64,000 nucleotides of DNA from Paraspadella gotoi (taxonomy: Eukaryota; Animalia; Chaetognatha). The DNA is taken from contig CM119264.1 of assembly GCA_051294375.1 (NCBI GenBank), forward strand, positions 1,741,930-1,805,929, written 5' to 3'. The notes below the pieces were generated by a model. The model ran no database searches, was not told the DNA's origin, and saw only the letters and a program-made list of their open reading frames with translations. Below are positions 27,772 to 38,822 of this stretch, piece after piece. The translations under genes were made by a program, and so were the position numbers. Each line of letters opens with the position of its first letter. The stretch's first letter is position 1.

Positions 27772-27897
27772 CCTGGAGTAGAATATAATTATAGTAGTGA
27801 TGAGAATGAAAAAGTGTACATGGGATGCACGAGCGCGATCATTAACGGCATGTCCGTTTCGTTTTATGCTGACTGTCAAAGGGTAGGCGTAGTTCGT
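27772..27897 (-). CDS. LGIC gene 2 pre-M1/M1 exon, inverted copy at the fold-back centre (its 3' end also appears on + at 27898-27918)
   Basis: The minus strand reads, with indels, NYAY.LTVSIKRNG.PLMIALV.PMY.F.ILITTI.YILPP|gtaac. The plus strand 'tttatattctacctccag|gtaac' gives YILPP-G, which joins the next exon as LPPESGER. Confidence 0.7.
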
Positions 27898-29150
27898 TAA
27901 TTTATATTCTACCTCCAGGTAACTTAATAGTCAATGTATCGTTCGTTCGTTCGTTCGTTCGTTCGTTCTTTTATTAAGTTAAGTTAAGTTAAATTAACTT
28001 AGTGAGTTCGTTTAGTTAGTTTAATGTAGTGACTTAATTTTTGTTTCTCTTTTCCTTTTCGTTCGTGTTTGTTCGTTTGTTTGTATTTGTTCGTTAGATC
28101 GTTCATTCGTTCGTGTTTGTTCATTAGTTTGTTCACTCGTGAGTTTGTTCGTTGATTTATGTTTGTTCGTTAGTTTGTTCGTTCTTGTTTGTTTGTTCGT
28201 TCTTAGTTCGTGTTTCTTCGTTAGTTCGTCCGTTTGAACCTCTTTTTATTATTTCCTCTCTCAATTTTTTTTCGCCTCTAATCATTTACCTTCTTTTTCC
28301 TTCTGGCGAATTTAATTCCTTATTTATTTTCAACCTATTTAATCGGATCTGCTTATTAGCAGATCCCGACTCTATAATTTACTTTGTCGGTCCGTTGGTC
28401 CGCCCCCTCAATCATGTCGGGCATTCACTTATATCATGTCAGAACATTGAATTATGATAAATTATGCAAAAAAAAACGATTTCCATCCGTCTGTCTGTCA
28501 AATTAATTAATTAATTAATTAATTACCGATAATGATCGTGGGTAGATCCGACATTGTTTGCTCAAACTACTTACGGGTCGTAATTTTTTCCGAATGAAAT
28601 AGAATTGCCTCTCGAAACGAAAAGACGCGAGGAGCGTTGCCCGATATAATTAATTGATTATCGACTAATTAGTAATTAGTATCATTAAATAAAATAAATG
28701 TATGTTAATGTATGAATATTTTCATATTGAATGGATTTAAATGTGCAAGAAACCAGCTGAATTTTTTTACTCGCGTGTAAATTTTAAAACTATTATTTTT
28801 TTTTTCAAAAACCGATTTTAAAAAGAGTTGACTTGTAGATAACATTTTCATTGTTCATTTTATTTTTGTCTCATGTTTTACATGTTACATTTTAAAGCCG
28901 GGGCCGGAGTTTCAAAAGAAAAATTTCCGCATAAAAAAAATAGAAAAACTGAATTTACTCCTTGGGAATTAAAGAAAGTAAAAGGCAAAGATTTATGGCT
29001 GAGGAGAGATTTGTATTTTTGCCTCACGCCTAGATTGAGACAGAGAGAGAGAGAGAAGAGAGAAGAGAGAGAGAGTGAGATAGAGAGAGAGAGAGAGAGA
29101 CAAAGATAGTGTCAAAGTATTGATATGGAATTTTACTTATTCTCACACAG

Positions 29151-29221
29151 AAAGCGGAGAACGGATCGGTTCAGCTATTACTATGGTTCTCACCATGGCA
29201 GTCACTATGTTGGCCGTGAAG
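29151..29221 (+). CDS. Cys-loop LGIC gene 2, M2 pore-helix exon
   Basis: cacag|(E)SGERIGSAITMVLTMAVTMLAVK|gtaag, with -1' Glu, 6' Thr and 9' Leu. Confidence 0.88.
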
Positions 29222-30369
29222 GTAAGGGAGAAAGAGAATGTGAAAGGGGAGGAAGGGTTCACCACTGACTTTCTGGGTAAGGCAGGTGGATGAATGGGTA
29301 AGGCAGTAGGATGAAAAACGTCATTTACTGTTTGAGTTTTATTGATTTTCCGATATGAATTTTCCTTCATTCTCTCTTATTCTCTCTCTCTCTCTCTCTC
29401 TCTNNNNNNNNNNNNNNNNNNNNNNNNNNNNNNNNNNNNNNNNNNNNNNNNNNNNNNNNNNNNNNNNNNNNNNNNNNNNNNNNNNNNNNNNNNNNNNNNN
29501 NNNNNNNNNNNNNNNNNNNNNNNNNNNNNNNNNNNNNNNNNNNNNNNNNNNNNNNNNNNNNNNNNNNNNNNNNNNNNNNNNNNNNNNNNNNNNNNNNNNN
29601 NNNNNNNNNNNNNNNNNNNNNNNNNNNNNNNNNNNNNNNNNNNNNNNNNNNNNNNNNNNNNNNNNNNNNNNNNNNNNNNNNNNNNNNNNNNNNNNNNNNN
29701 NNNNNNNNNNNNNNNNNNNNNNNNNNNNNNNNNNNNNNNNNNNNNNNNNNNNNNNNNNNNNNNNNNNNNNNNNNNNNNNNNNNNNNNNNNNNNNNNNNNN
29801 NNNNNNNNNNNNNNNNNNNNNNNNNNNNNNNNNNNNNNNNNNNNNNNNNNNNNNNNNNNNNNNNNNNNNNNNNNNNNNNNNNNNNNNNNNNNNNNNNNNN
29901 NNNNNNNNNNNNNNNNNNNNNNNNNNNNNNNNNNNNNNNNNNNNNNNNNNNNNNNNNNNNNNNNNNNNNNNNNNNNNNNNNNNNNNNNNNNNNNNNNNNN
30001 NNNNNNNNNNNNNNNNNNNNNNNNNNNNNNNNNNNNNNNNNNNNNNNNNNNNNNNNNNNNNNNNNNNNNNNNNNNNNNNNNNNNNNNNNNNNNNNNNNNN
30101 NNNNNNNNNNNNNNNNNNNNNNNNNNNNNNNNNNNNNNNNNNNNNNNNNNNNNNNNNNNNNNNNNNNNNNNNNNNNNNNNNNNNNNNNNNNNNNNNNNNN
30201 NNNNNNNNNNNNNNNNNNNNNNNNNNNNNNNNNNNNNNNNNNNNNNNNNNNNNNNNNNNNNNNNNNNNNNNNNNNNNNNNNNNNNNNNNNNNNNNNNNNN
30301 NNNNNNNNNNNNNNNNNNNNNNNNNNNNNNNNNNNNNNNNNNNNNNNNNNNNNNNNNNNNNNNNNNNNN

Positions 30370-30446
30370 TGGACTCGAGAGAAGGAAGAGGAGGAGATTT
30401 TTTTATGTCCCAAGAATCTCAGTTGGACGACGCGCTCTTTTGGCGG
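30370..30446 (+). CDS. LGIC gene 2, 3' part of intracellular-loop/MA exon (5' part in gap)
   Basis: DSREGRGGDFFMSQESQLDDALFWR|gtgag, equivalent to NFWQ|gt in gene 1. Confidence 0.7.
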
Positions 30447-30584
30447 GTGAGGTTGCCGCGTGGGCTCTCTTTTTCGAGAGCGCCCCATTTCTGTTTGTTT
30501 TATCTCTAATTTAATTTTAATCTTAATATTTAAACTAAATATATTCCTAAAATTATGAACAAATCTTTAACCCTAATCCCTAAA

Positions 30585-30850
30585 AATAAATCCCTAACCA
30601 GAACTTAATCCTGATCCCTAATGATAAATCCCTTACCTGAACTTAATCCTAATCCCTAATGATAAATCCCTAGCCAGAACTTAATCTAATCCCAAACGAT
30701 AAATCCCTTATCGAACTTAATCCTAATCCCTAATGATAAATCCCTAACCTGAACTTAATCCTAATCCCTAACGATAAATCCCTCACCTGAACTTAATCCT
30801 AATCCCTAACGATAAATCCCTTACCTGAACTTTATCCTAAGCCGTAACCC
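30585..30850. repeat. ~38-bp minisatellite (cctgaacttaatcctaatccctaatgataaatccctaa), about 7 copies
   Basis: Tandem units are visible; mirrored at ~23500-23780. Confidence 0.8.
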
Positions 30851-30862
30851 TTAAACCTATAT

Positions 30863-31086
30863 TGTGGCGACACATTCACCACCTGACTGAATCCATAAGC
30901 GAAGCCACGGTGGCGTAAGAGCGAGAATTCTTTCTTCCCACCTACCGGTCTTGGGTTCGCGACCCATTGGTGTCAATGCTACTAAGCGGGACGTGACGTC
31001 TACCCCACCTGTAGTGGCCGACTACAGTCAAATCCGAAGTTCTGAAACTAGCAAATTGCAAGCGTGTGGTACTAAATTGCCTTAAT
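30863..31086 (+). mobile_element. Probable solo LTR, family D, with a degenerate twister-like motif (30977-31053)
   Basis: Starts TG. A/B-box-like 'ggtggcgtaag' and 'gggttcgcgaccc', then UGCUA..GCGG GA CGUG ACGU C UAC CCC AC CUGUAG..CUACAG U CAAA UCCGAAGU UCUG..UAGCA. The 3' end is inferred from the inverted copy ('gcccttaca'). Confidence 0.5.
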
Positions 31087-31210
31087 TATTTGGCTAACTG
31101 ACATCTTCTAAAAAAATCCTGAACAAACCAAAACCCCTCGCCACAATCTCCCCCTCATTCCGAATTTCAATCGAAATTCTTTTTTCCCGCCATTCTCCCC
31201 TCTAATCCAG

Positions 31211-31339
31211 AGATTCGCGCGGGGTCTCGACATCGTCTGCTTTTGCCTCAATCTCATCGTCAGTTTCGTCTCCGTTGTCTGGGCCGTCGTTAACATCAAC
31301 TCCCCCGTGAGGCCGACTTTTCGACACGGAGCAAGTTGA
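31211..31339 (+). CDS. Cys-loop LGIC gene 2 terminal exon (M4)
   Basis: ccag|RFARGLDIVCFCLNLIVSFVSVVWAVVNINSPVRPTFRHGAS*; paralogous to gene 1 M4. Confidence 0.82.
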   Translation, partial: RFARGLDIVCFCLNLIVSFVSVVWAVVNINSPVRPTFRHGAS

Positions 31340-32979
31340 TCCGGGCCGAAGGAGTGGTTAATTGAGTGGTTGACTGGTTGTAACCATAACATGGAAACCT
31401 AGTAGATTTAAATAAATGGAAAAACAAGATCCGGCAAGTTCAAAATGTTTCGCCATGACTCTTATGTGACTTCTTAAGCAATAAGTCGGGCCAGAATTTT
31501 ACATTTTTTACAATATGAAAAAGTCGGCAGTAAAAGTCTTTTGTCTTTTACAACCAAATTGACTTATGATGTTAAATTTTGATGAAATTAATTTTCCTCA
31601 TGCATGGAAGCATTTTAATATTTAATAATATAAAAGAAATGCTTAAAATTTTTTTAAAGAAATTTAAATTATTAAAAATGGATTCTGATAAAGATTAAAA
31701 AGTTAGATAAAGGTTAGTACTACAAATTCCAAAAAACTTTTATGATAAAATTTGATAATTATCATCATCATTTATTAATTAATTAATTAATTTTGTTAAT
31801 TTTCATAAACAAATCAAGTTGTAATAATAACCTTAATCTAACTTTAGAAGCTCTATCAGTCAAAAAAAATTGAATTATTAGATAAATAAAATATTTTTAA
31901 AAAAGAAAGCAATATATGTTTGAATAAATGATATAGATTAAATACTAAAACCTTCATAAAATTATTAAAATATTAAAATAGAAAAATAAAAAATAGTGAA
32001 ACAAGTAATTGCAAATTTTCATAAATCTTAATTTTTTATTTTTATAATGTTTAATAAACACATTATTAATATTTATACCGAACTTTTGTTAAGCAAAGGA
32101 CATAATACTAACAAGCATCTAATAGATTTTCAGTTGTCTTTAAAGAATTTATGAAAACTAACAAGAGTTATATGAAAAAAGCCTTAATATTTTATGATCA
32201 CTTGTCTTAACAACTGTAAAACAAAGCATGTAATAATACCTTATCCCACGTCTGTTTACAAACTAGAATGACTCAGTATTACATTTTATAATTAGATTTA
32301 TAAGCATATAAAACTTGTGAAGTAGAACAGACAATAAATACAGACTGACGAACCGTCCAAAAAAGTAACTTATAGAGTTTCTCCGCGAGTAATCGTAGCA
32401 CAACTTAAAACCTCCAAATAGCATGATAACATGAAAGTAATCATGCTTAAGTACTGAATTATGTTATTTACCTTAGAAATCCTCATACTAAAAAACTGAT
32501 CTAAAAATTATTTTTGTCCATCAAAACTTGAACCATGTACTGTATAAACTGTACTTCAGCTCATCTCTTACTTTCCATCGCTCAAAACCCGTAAGAATAA
32601 CTAACCTAATGGGAAGGATAGTAAATTTTTTGTACAGAGTTTGTATGATCTTTTCATTTATGATTTTTTTTTAACAATTTTCTTAATGAACTTGATTATG
32701 AAGTGTCTTACTCTTTGCTAATTGATTTTCAGGCTTTTTACCCTATTTGTATAAAAAAAATTAAAAGTAAAAAAAATGACTATTTTTGTTTTACAGGAAT
32801 AATTTATTTGTGGAAGACCACGACATAAGGAGTAGGGAGAGAGACACATATATTATAAGCGAGAGAAAACATAGCAAATATGTTCAATACAGGAAAAGAG
32901 ACAATAATGTAACGTGAACAGTTCGAGGGTTGAAACGGTTGTGTCTCTCGTGGCTACGGCCACGACGGAAGAAACCCGT

Positions 32980-33678
32980 TGAAGCCCGGGACGACGAGAC
33001 CAATGACCTGAGGTCTGAGGTCATGTGGTCGTTGAGGGAAAAGAGAGAGAGAGTCGAGGTAACTCGGCCTCATCCCCCCCTTAAGTCGCGTCTCTGGAAA
33101 GAGGCGCGGCTGACCACACTGGCGTCGAATCCATGGTTTGCTAAAAGCTATTTTTGATCCAAAGAGTCGATGTTGACGTACAAAATTGTTCAAGTCCTAA
33201 TCCATGAGCCGAGGGATTAAAGGAGAATGATATCCTCGGCAGTTTCGGCGGCGTCTGCAGCGTCTGCGGCGTTTGCCACGGCGTCGTCGCCGTCCATCAC
33301 GCAGTGGAGTTGCAGCAGGAACTTGAACACATTGCGCTGGCCTTTCCGCAGATGCCTTGTTTTTCGATTCCTTGGAAATTTTTTTTCATATGATTTCATA
33401 CACGTAAGAACGTGCATAGACATTTCGTCTTTGCGTCTAGGAAAACGTCGATATTGACAGAGACGTTGCTCGTTGGTAATACTTTTTTGTTCCGTCGGTT
33501 TTGTCGTGAGATAAACGTGAAGAAGGATAGAAAAAGGGGGTAAAGAAAAGAAAATTTTGATAAAAGAATAATTAAAGTATTGAAGGCCGGGACGACGAGA
33601 CCAATGACCGGAGGTCTGAGGTCATGTGGTCGTTGAGGGAAAAGAGAGAGAGAGAGAGTCGAGGTAACTCGGGCCTCA
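32980..33678 (-). mobile_element. Second type of TRIM-like element: ~95-bp direct repeats (32980-33072, 33581-33678) with TG..CA ends and a PPT
   Basis: On -, each repeat reads tgaggcc..cttca. 'aaggggggga' precedes the 3' repeat. No clear PBS or TSD seen. Confidence 0.5.
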
Positions 33679-34262
33679 TATTCAAGTTTATTACGAGTGC
33701 TGCAGCAATGGAAAAAAAAAGTTTAAATATCAATATAGTTTATTAGCTAATCAGATTAAGATTAAGCGTAAAAAAATGTTTTGTTTGTAAAATAAAACTC
33801 GCAAGCAGATTACGATTATTTAAACATGAGGACAATGAATGCTCTAGAAAATATTTGATTCTCTTATCGACTTTTTTGATACTTTACGAGTCTTAACTCC
33901 TTAAATCATGCTTAAAAAATAGACATAATTTTAATAGGTGTCTTAACGGCCATATTTTCCCAAAGCGCCCCATTTCAGATTAAATACCGAATTTAGTTAG
34001 GTAATTAAGTCAGTTTTTAAGTGGTTTGGATAATAATTAGTCTCTAATTAACAAGACTCTCGGAATAACAAATTGAGTTTATAATTCAATACTGGATTTA
34101 AACCTTATTGTATTGAATCCAAATTTAAAATACTATTAAGTGATAAACTATTCAGCAATAATGTTATAGATATATTAGAAGTAAAATATTCTTTGACAAA
34201 GGGTGACAAATAAGTTTTGAATATAGAAGCAACATCAGCATCATTATTTGTTTCAAATTAAT

Positions 34263-36536
34263 TTAAATCAACAGAAAGCTGATTGATATTGACAAAAACA
34301 GTAGAAATAAATTAATGACGTTGTAATTTTTTTCACCTTCGCTATAAGCATTTGCAAGAAATTCGTCAAGAAGGGAAGTCATTTTTTTATGACAATCTTT
34401 TTTCTTTGCTATTTTTTTAATTTCTTTAAAATAAACAAAAATTGGCGAAAATGGAGGTGTTTTAGTGGAGTAGAACAAAATAATATTTTTGGTTTGGAAA
34501 CTTTGAAATGTATATTTTTTGATTGCATTGTAGTAAGTCGTATTTCCGCTTTTGTTGTTAATTGTTGGAATAAGAAAATAAATGCTTGTTACAGAACATA
34601 ATAGCACAAACAGCGATTTAATAAAAAGTATTTTTTTTGCTTTGTTGTTAACTTTTGCAATTATAAAAAATATCCATGTAATCAAAGGCAACACAGAAGT
34701 AAAGGAAATCAAAGAATGTAATTCACTGAAAATCAACATTAAAATCAGATCCTGAAAAATTTTGAAATGATATTGGTTTTGATTGTAACAGATCATCTTA
34801 TAAGTTGTTTTTTTGTTTGTGTAATTGGTATTTTGAATCAGAAAAGCTAAAACTAGAATTACAGTTGATATAGCTCCAATTATTTTAAACTGTCTTTTTT
34901 CTCCATTTGATAAATGTTTCCATGGTTTTTTGGCAAAAGCTTCAATAAATAGAAGAACAAAGGAAAGTGTCATAAAAGTAGAGGAAAAATGTGTTATGCT
35001 TGTGAAGCCTCTGTATAGAATTTCTTTGGAGTCAAAAAAGCGTTTGAAGGTTTCATGTTTTTTACTAATTGTATATCCATTTTTATCAAGTTCTTGACTT
35101 ATATAATAATGACAGATTGTTGCATAACAATGATGGCAAAGTATGACAAATGGCATCATTGATGCAAATACAAAGGATATCATTTTCCTCAATTCTTTCT
35201 TTAAAATTAAATATGTTGCTACATAGAATATTCCTGAACTCAAATCAATGAGCAAAATTATCAAAACGATTGAATGTGTTGGGCTTAAAAATTTGTAATT
35301 TCCTATTGCAAAGGCGCCAAATTCAGTAAGACTTTTAGTTGGATTCATTGATTTGTATTCCTTGCACAAGACTGGGAAATTTTTTGGTAATATTTTTTGC
35401 CATCTCTTCTTGTCAATAAGTCCTATGGCTTGGTAGCAGGCTGAGATAAAAACTGTTTTTCCATAGACTACTACGAATGAAACAAATTTCGGCGCTTGGA
35501 TAAGTGATTTATGACTTTTTCTACCTATGTTCAAAAAGTTTGCATCAATTGTTAATAGCTTGTCATAATAAAAAAAGAATGATACAACTAAAACTGACCA
35601 TGAAACCATGATAAAATATTGGGGAAAAAAAATAATTTTTTTACTATATAATGAATTTGGCTCAAATCCTAAAGCACAAGTTAACACTAAATGTTTCAAT
35701 TCTGTGAAAGTAAAAATTCTTAGCAGAAGAGTTGGTGAGAGCAAAGAAAAAAAGGGGGTAATTTTTATTGCCCAAATATGTATGAGATATAGGTTAATTG
35801 TAATGCCAATAGCCCCTTGAATTAGGCTAAAAATGCCTTCAGGGGTCGCCAGTGTTCCTCGATATTTAGCAGAAAATGAGGCCAAGCTTAAAGTAGAAAG
35901 GCTAAAAGATATAAGTATTGGATATTGATCAATTTCCCAAGAGCAAACTTTCAGCTTTTCTGAAATAGTGTAACATTTGCATTTCTTTGATGATTGTATC
36001 AAAGTTAAATTTCCATTCATTTCATACAACAATTCTCCTCTATATGTCCTCAAACATTGCTTTGTAGTACCACTGGTTAATTCCAAGTTCAGCGCAGTAG
36101 CCTGCAGCAGTAATTGAGGATAAGACTCAAAAAGATTTTGCACAATGTCAAGCAATCTGATCAGATAAAACTTCTCTGCCAATAAAGCTGAAGATTTTAC
36201 ACTATTGGATCCTTGTTCATCTAAATAATGATCAATTATAAAGAGGGCGTTTCCCAAACCTAAAGCGCAGATAACCGCAGTAGCTGACCTTTTCCAAAAA
36301 CTTTTCCAAACACGAGGATACAATGCCTTTTTGTCTTTTAACCAGCGCCAAACCTGCGAGATTGCAATGACATTGTGCATCAACAGCACAATAGCCATGC
36401 CAATTCCAATGTATTGCTCCAAATAAAATTCTTTTTGACAAAATAGAATCATTGTTCGAAAATCAGTGACAACATCAATTATGTTTAAAGCAATTGTAAA
36501 AATAACAAAAATTTGTTGCACTTTGTTGCCGTTCAT
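34263..36536 (-). CDS. XK-related (XKR/Ced-8 family) multi-pass membrane protein, 757 aa, single coding exon
   Basis: Intact long ORF. N-terminal IIDVVTD helix motif and FESYPQLLLQ match the XK-family D-x-x-T/S-D and E-S-x-P-Q motifs. Many hydrophobic segments. Splice-acceptor-like sequence just upstream of the ATG. Confidence 0.85.
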   Translation of the reverse strand: MNGNKVQQIFVIFTIALNIIDVVTDFRTMILFCQKEFYLEQYIGIGMAIVLLMHNVIAISQVWRWLKDKKALYPRVWKSFWKRSATAVICALGLGNALFIIDHYLDEQGSNSVKSSALLAEKFYLIRLLDIVQNLFESYPQLLLQATALNLELTSGTTKQCLRTYRGELLYEMNGNLTLIQSSKKCKCYTISEKLKVCSWEIDQYPILISFSLSTLSLASFSAKYRGTLATPEGIFSLIQGAIGITINLYLIHIWAIKITPFFSLLSPTLLLRIFTFTELKHLVLTCALGFEPNSLYSKKIIFFPQYFIMVSWSVLVVSFFFYYDKLLTIDANFLNIGRKSHKSLIQAPKFVSFVVVYGKTVFISACYQAIGLIDKKRWQKILPKNFPVLCKEYKSMNPTKSLTEFGAFAIGNYKFLSPTHSIVLIILLIDLSSGIFYVATYLILKKELRKMISFVFASMMPFVILCHHCYATICHYYISQELDKNGYTISKKHETFKRFFDSKEILYRGFTSITHFSSTFMTLSFVLLFIEAFAKKPWKHLSNGEKRQFKIIGAISTVILVLAFLIQNTNYTNKKTTYKMICYNQNQYHFKIFQDLILMLIFSELHSLISFTSVLPLITWIFFIIAKVNNKAKKILFIKSLFVLLCSVTSIYFLIPTINNKSGNTTYYNAIKKYTFQSFQTKNIILFYSTKTPPFSPIFVYFKEIKKIAKKKDCHKKMTSLLDEFLANAYSEGEKNYNVINLFLLFLSISISFLLI

Positions 36537-36642
36537 TTTGATTTGTGAGCAGGTCGCCTTTAGAGGAAGAAATTATTGCGAAAGAAAAAAAAGAAAATTA
36601 GTTAAGAAAAGTTTGCAGAGTCATCTCATGCACTGTTTAATT

Positions 36643-36736
36643 TATGATTAAGAAAACGTCGAATTTGGGATCAAGTGCAGTATTTTTTTTTCTTTTTTTT
36701 TCACTTGATCCCAAATTCAACGTTTTCTTAATCATA
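36643..36736. repeat. 35-bp inverted repeat (one mismatch) around a T-rich loop
   Basis: tatgattaagaaaacgtcgaatttgggatcaagtg / cacttgatcccaaattcaacgttttcttaatcata. Confidence 0.85.
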
Positions 36737-37129
36737 GTTAAGAAAAATTTTCACCAAGTTAGAAACAAGTTTGAGCAAACAATGCCGGATCTGCCCACGA
36801 TTATTAACGGTAAGCAGCTGATTGTCGAAACCGTTTTCCACTTTGTCTCACCTTTCAATCACAAAACAACAATCTTGATTACAAAATTAAGTAATTAATT
36901 AATTAATTATTTAATTAATTACAAATAATTAATAATTCTTAATTACTTTTTTATTATTAATTAATTAATGCAGCTTGAATTTACATTTAATATTAAAATA
37001 AAAAAAACATAATCAAATAGTAAATTTTTTTTTCATTTTAACTCATTTCCACTTAGACGATTCCATCTAAACTTGATTTCCTGCTCAATCACACACTTTC
37101 CTACCCATACACAAAATTTCATTCCAATC

Positions 37130-37340
37130 CATCCATCCAATCACGAGTAATTGGAGGTTTTTGCTAAGGGGGGACAGACTGACAGACAAACGGACATAAT
37201 TTTTTTTGCATAATTTATCATAATTCGATGTTCTTCCATGATATAAGTGAATGCCCGACAAGGCTGGGGGGGCAGAACGACGGACCGACAAAGTGAGTAT
37301 AGAGCCGGAATCTGCTGTAAGCATATTCGGCTAAAAATAA
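37130..37340. repeat. Dispersed repeat, also at ~26415-26640 and (inverted) ~28330-28500
   Basis: Shared 'ccaatcacgagtaatt..tttgctaag..gcataatttatca..atgcc(c)gaca'. Confidence 0.6.
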
Positions 37341-38239
37341 TTTGCATTTAAATGTGTTATAGAAGTAAGAAAAATGGTTCAAAAATGCTTTTGCCTTGTT
37401 AGCGTTTCTTTCTTTAAATTAAACCAAAACTGTTTTATTGTTTAATTTCATTGTTTTTATTACAAATTTTAGATAGAAAGGAAAAATAAGTAGTAAAAAT
37501 AATTGGTATAACACTTGTAAGATCAATAAGCATCAAACAAGTTTCAATTGTCTCTAGTTTGAAATATTTTTTTTTTGGTGAGCGATTCATTTACAGCTTG
37601 TTCCTAATATGGATTTATTAAGAATGAATTTCCTAATATGGATTTATTAAGAATGAATTTCCTAATTTGCTTTCATATAATTTGTGTTTGCGAGCTTCAA
37701 AGGTCATATTTAATCGGTGACGTATTTCTTTTTGGATTATTTTTGCTTCTAAATATTATTTCCAAAAAGAAGCTAATACAATTTATGCAAGGCGAAAGAG
37801 GAGGAAGAGAGAGATCAAAACAATTTGATTGTAAAATATAACTAGCAAAACTGAACATTATACTCTGTAAAACTTAAGAAAATGACCAAATCTAAGGAAA
37901 ATGAGGCAGAAACGCCCTTAAATTAATTTATTTCACCGCCTTGTTTAACGTATTAAGATGATCCTAAATTTTTTTTCAGAGCTTTACTAATCATGGCTTT
38001 AAAGATATAATTCTAATATCTCTAAAAAGGAATGATTAAGAAGTAAGAAAAATATAATTTCTGTTAATGTATTCTAATTGATATTTATGATATATATTAA
38101 CCTTTTCCCAGTTTGTATCTCTATCAGAACTTTGTAGTCTTATACCTAAACGTAAAAAAATCATATATCGCCTTGGTCCCCCTCAAATATTATCCATTCC
38201 TTTACGTCTTTCTAAGAGGAATGATGTATGATAATTTAT

Positions 38240-38545
38240 ATCTATTAGAAAACTAGTACAGATTGTACTCTAACCTTGTGTTGTATAGATGCTCCCTCTA
38301 TTTCCAAAAGACAACACTGACCCCCCCCAAAAAAAAATTAAATATTACACATAAAGATATTAAAAAATTAAAAAAACAATATATTTATTTAATTAAATAA
38401 TATAGTGATAATATAGTGATAGTGATAATATAGTGATAATATAGTGATATCTATTAGAAAACTAGGACAGATAGTAATCTAACCTTGTGTTGTAATGATG
38501 CTCCCTCTATTTCCAGAAGACAACACTGACTTCCCCTTCCCAAAT
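38240..38545. repeat. ~95-bp direct duplication (38240-38325 and 38448-38535)
   Basis: 'atctattagaaaactag..taaccttgtgttgta..gatgctccctctatttcca..agacaacactgac' occurs twice. Confidence 0.75.
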
Positions 38546-38747
38546 TGAATTATTAGATAAATAAAACATTTTTAAAAAAGAAAGCAATATATATTTGTTT
38601 AGATAATATAGATTAAATACTAAATCCTTCATAAAATATAAAAATAGAAAATAGTGAAACAAGTAATTTGCAAATTTTCATAGATTAAATAGTAACATTA
38701 ATATTCTGGTGGTCCTATCACCACAGATCGATTAAAGCTGTTTTCTT

Positions 38748-38822
38748 TCGCAGCGACTCAGTGGCTCAGTGGACTAATGCACCATCCCAATGTGCGTCCC
38801 TGGTTCGAGCCCTGAGGTTGTC
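38748..38822 (+). promoter_or_regulatory. tRNA-like Pol III internal promoter (A box TGGCTCAGTGG, B box GGTTCGAGCC) in the LTR; repeated at ~39205-39275
   Basis: Near-consensus A and B boxes, bracketed by a ctcag/ctgag acceptor-like stem. Confidence 0.75.

Larger units (their letters stand above)
18994..27797 (-). repeat. Error-rich inverted copy of ~27898-34340 (left arm of a ~15-kb fold-back)
   Basis: Reverse-complement matches throughout: 19060-19140 vs the XKR 3' end at 34240-34310; 19700-19790 vs 33940-34025; 22930-23200 vs 31110-31330; 23880-24000 vs 30375-30500; 25200-25290 vs 29145-29220; 27654-27790 vs 27900-28033. Confidence 0.9.

Noticed and set aside
29342-30514. Long ORFs of 370-390 aa (also 50213-50824, 52756-53160)
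   Set aside because: They run through N gaps.
38748-38822. Functional tRNA gene (also 53431-53497)
   Set aside because: No proper anticodon arm and embedded in repeats; treated as a tRNA-derived promoter.
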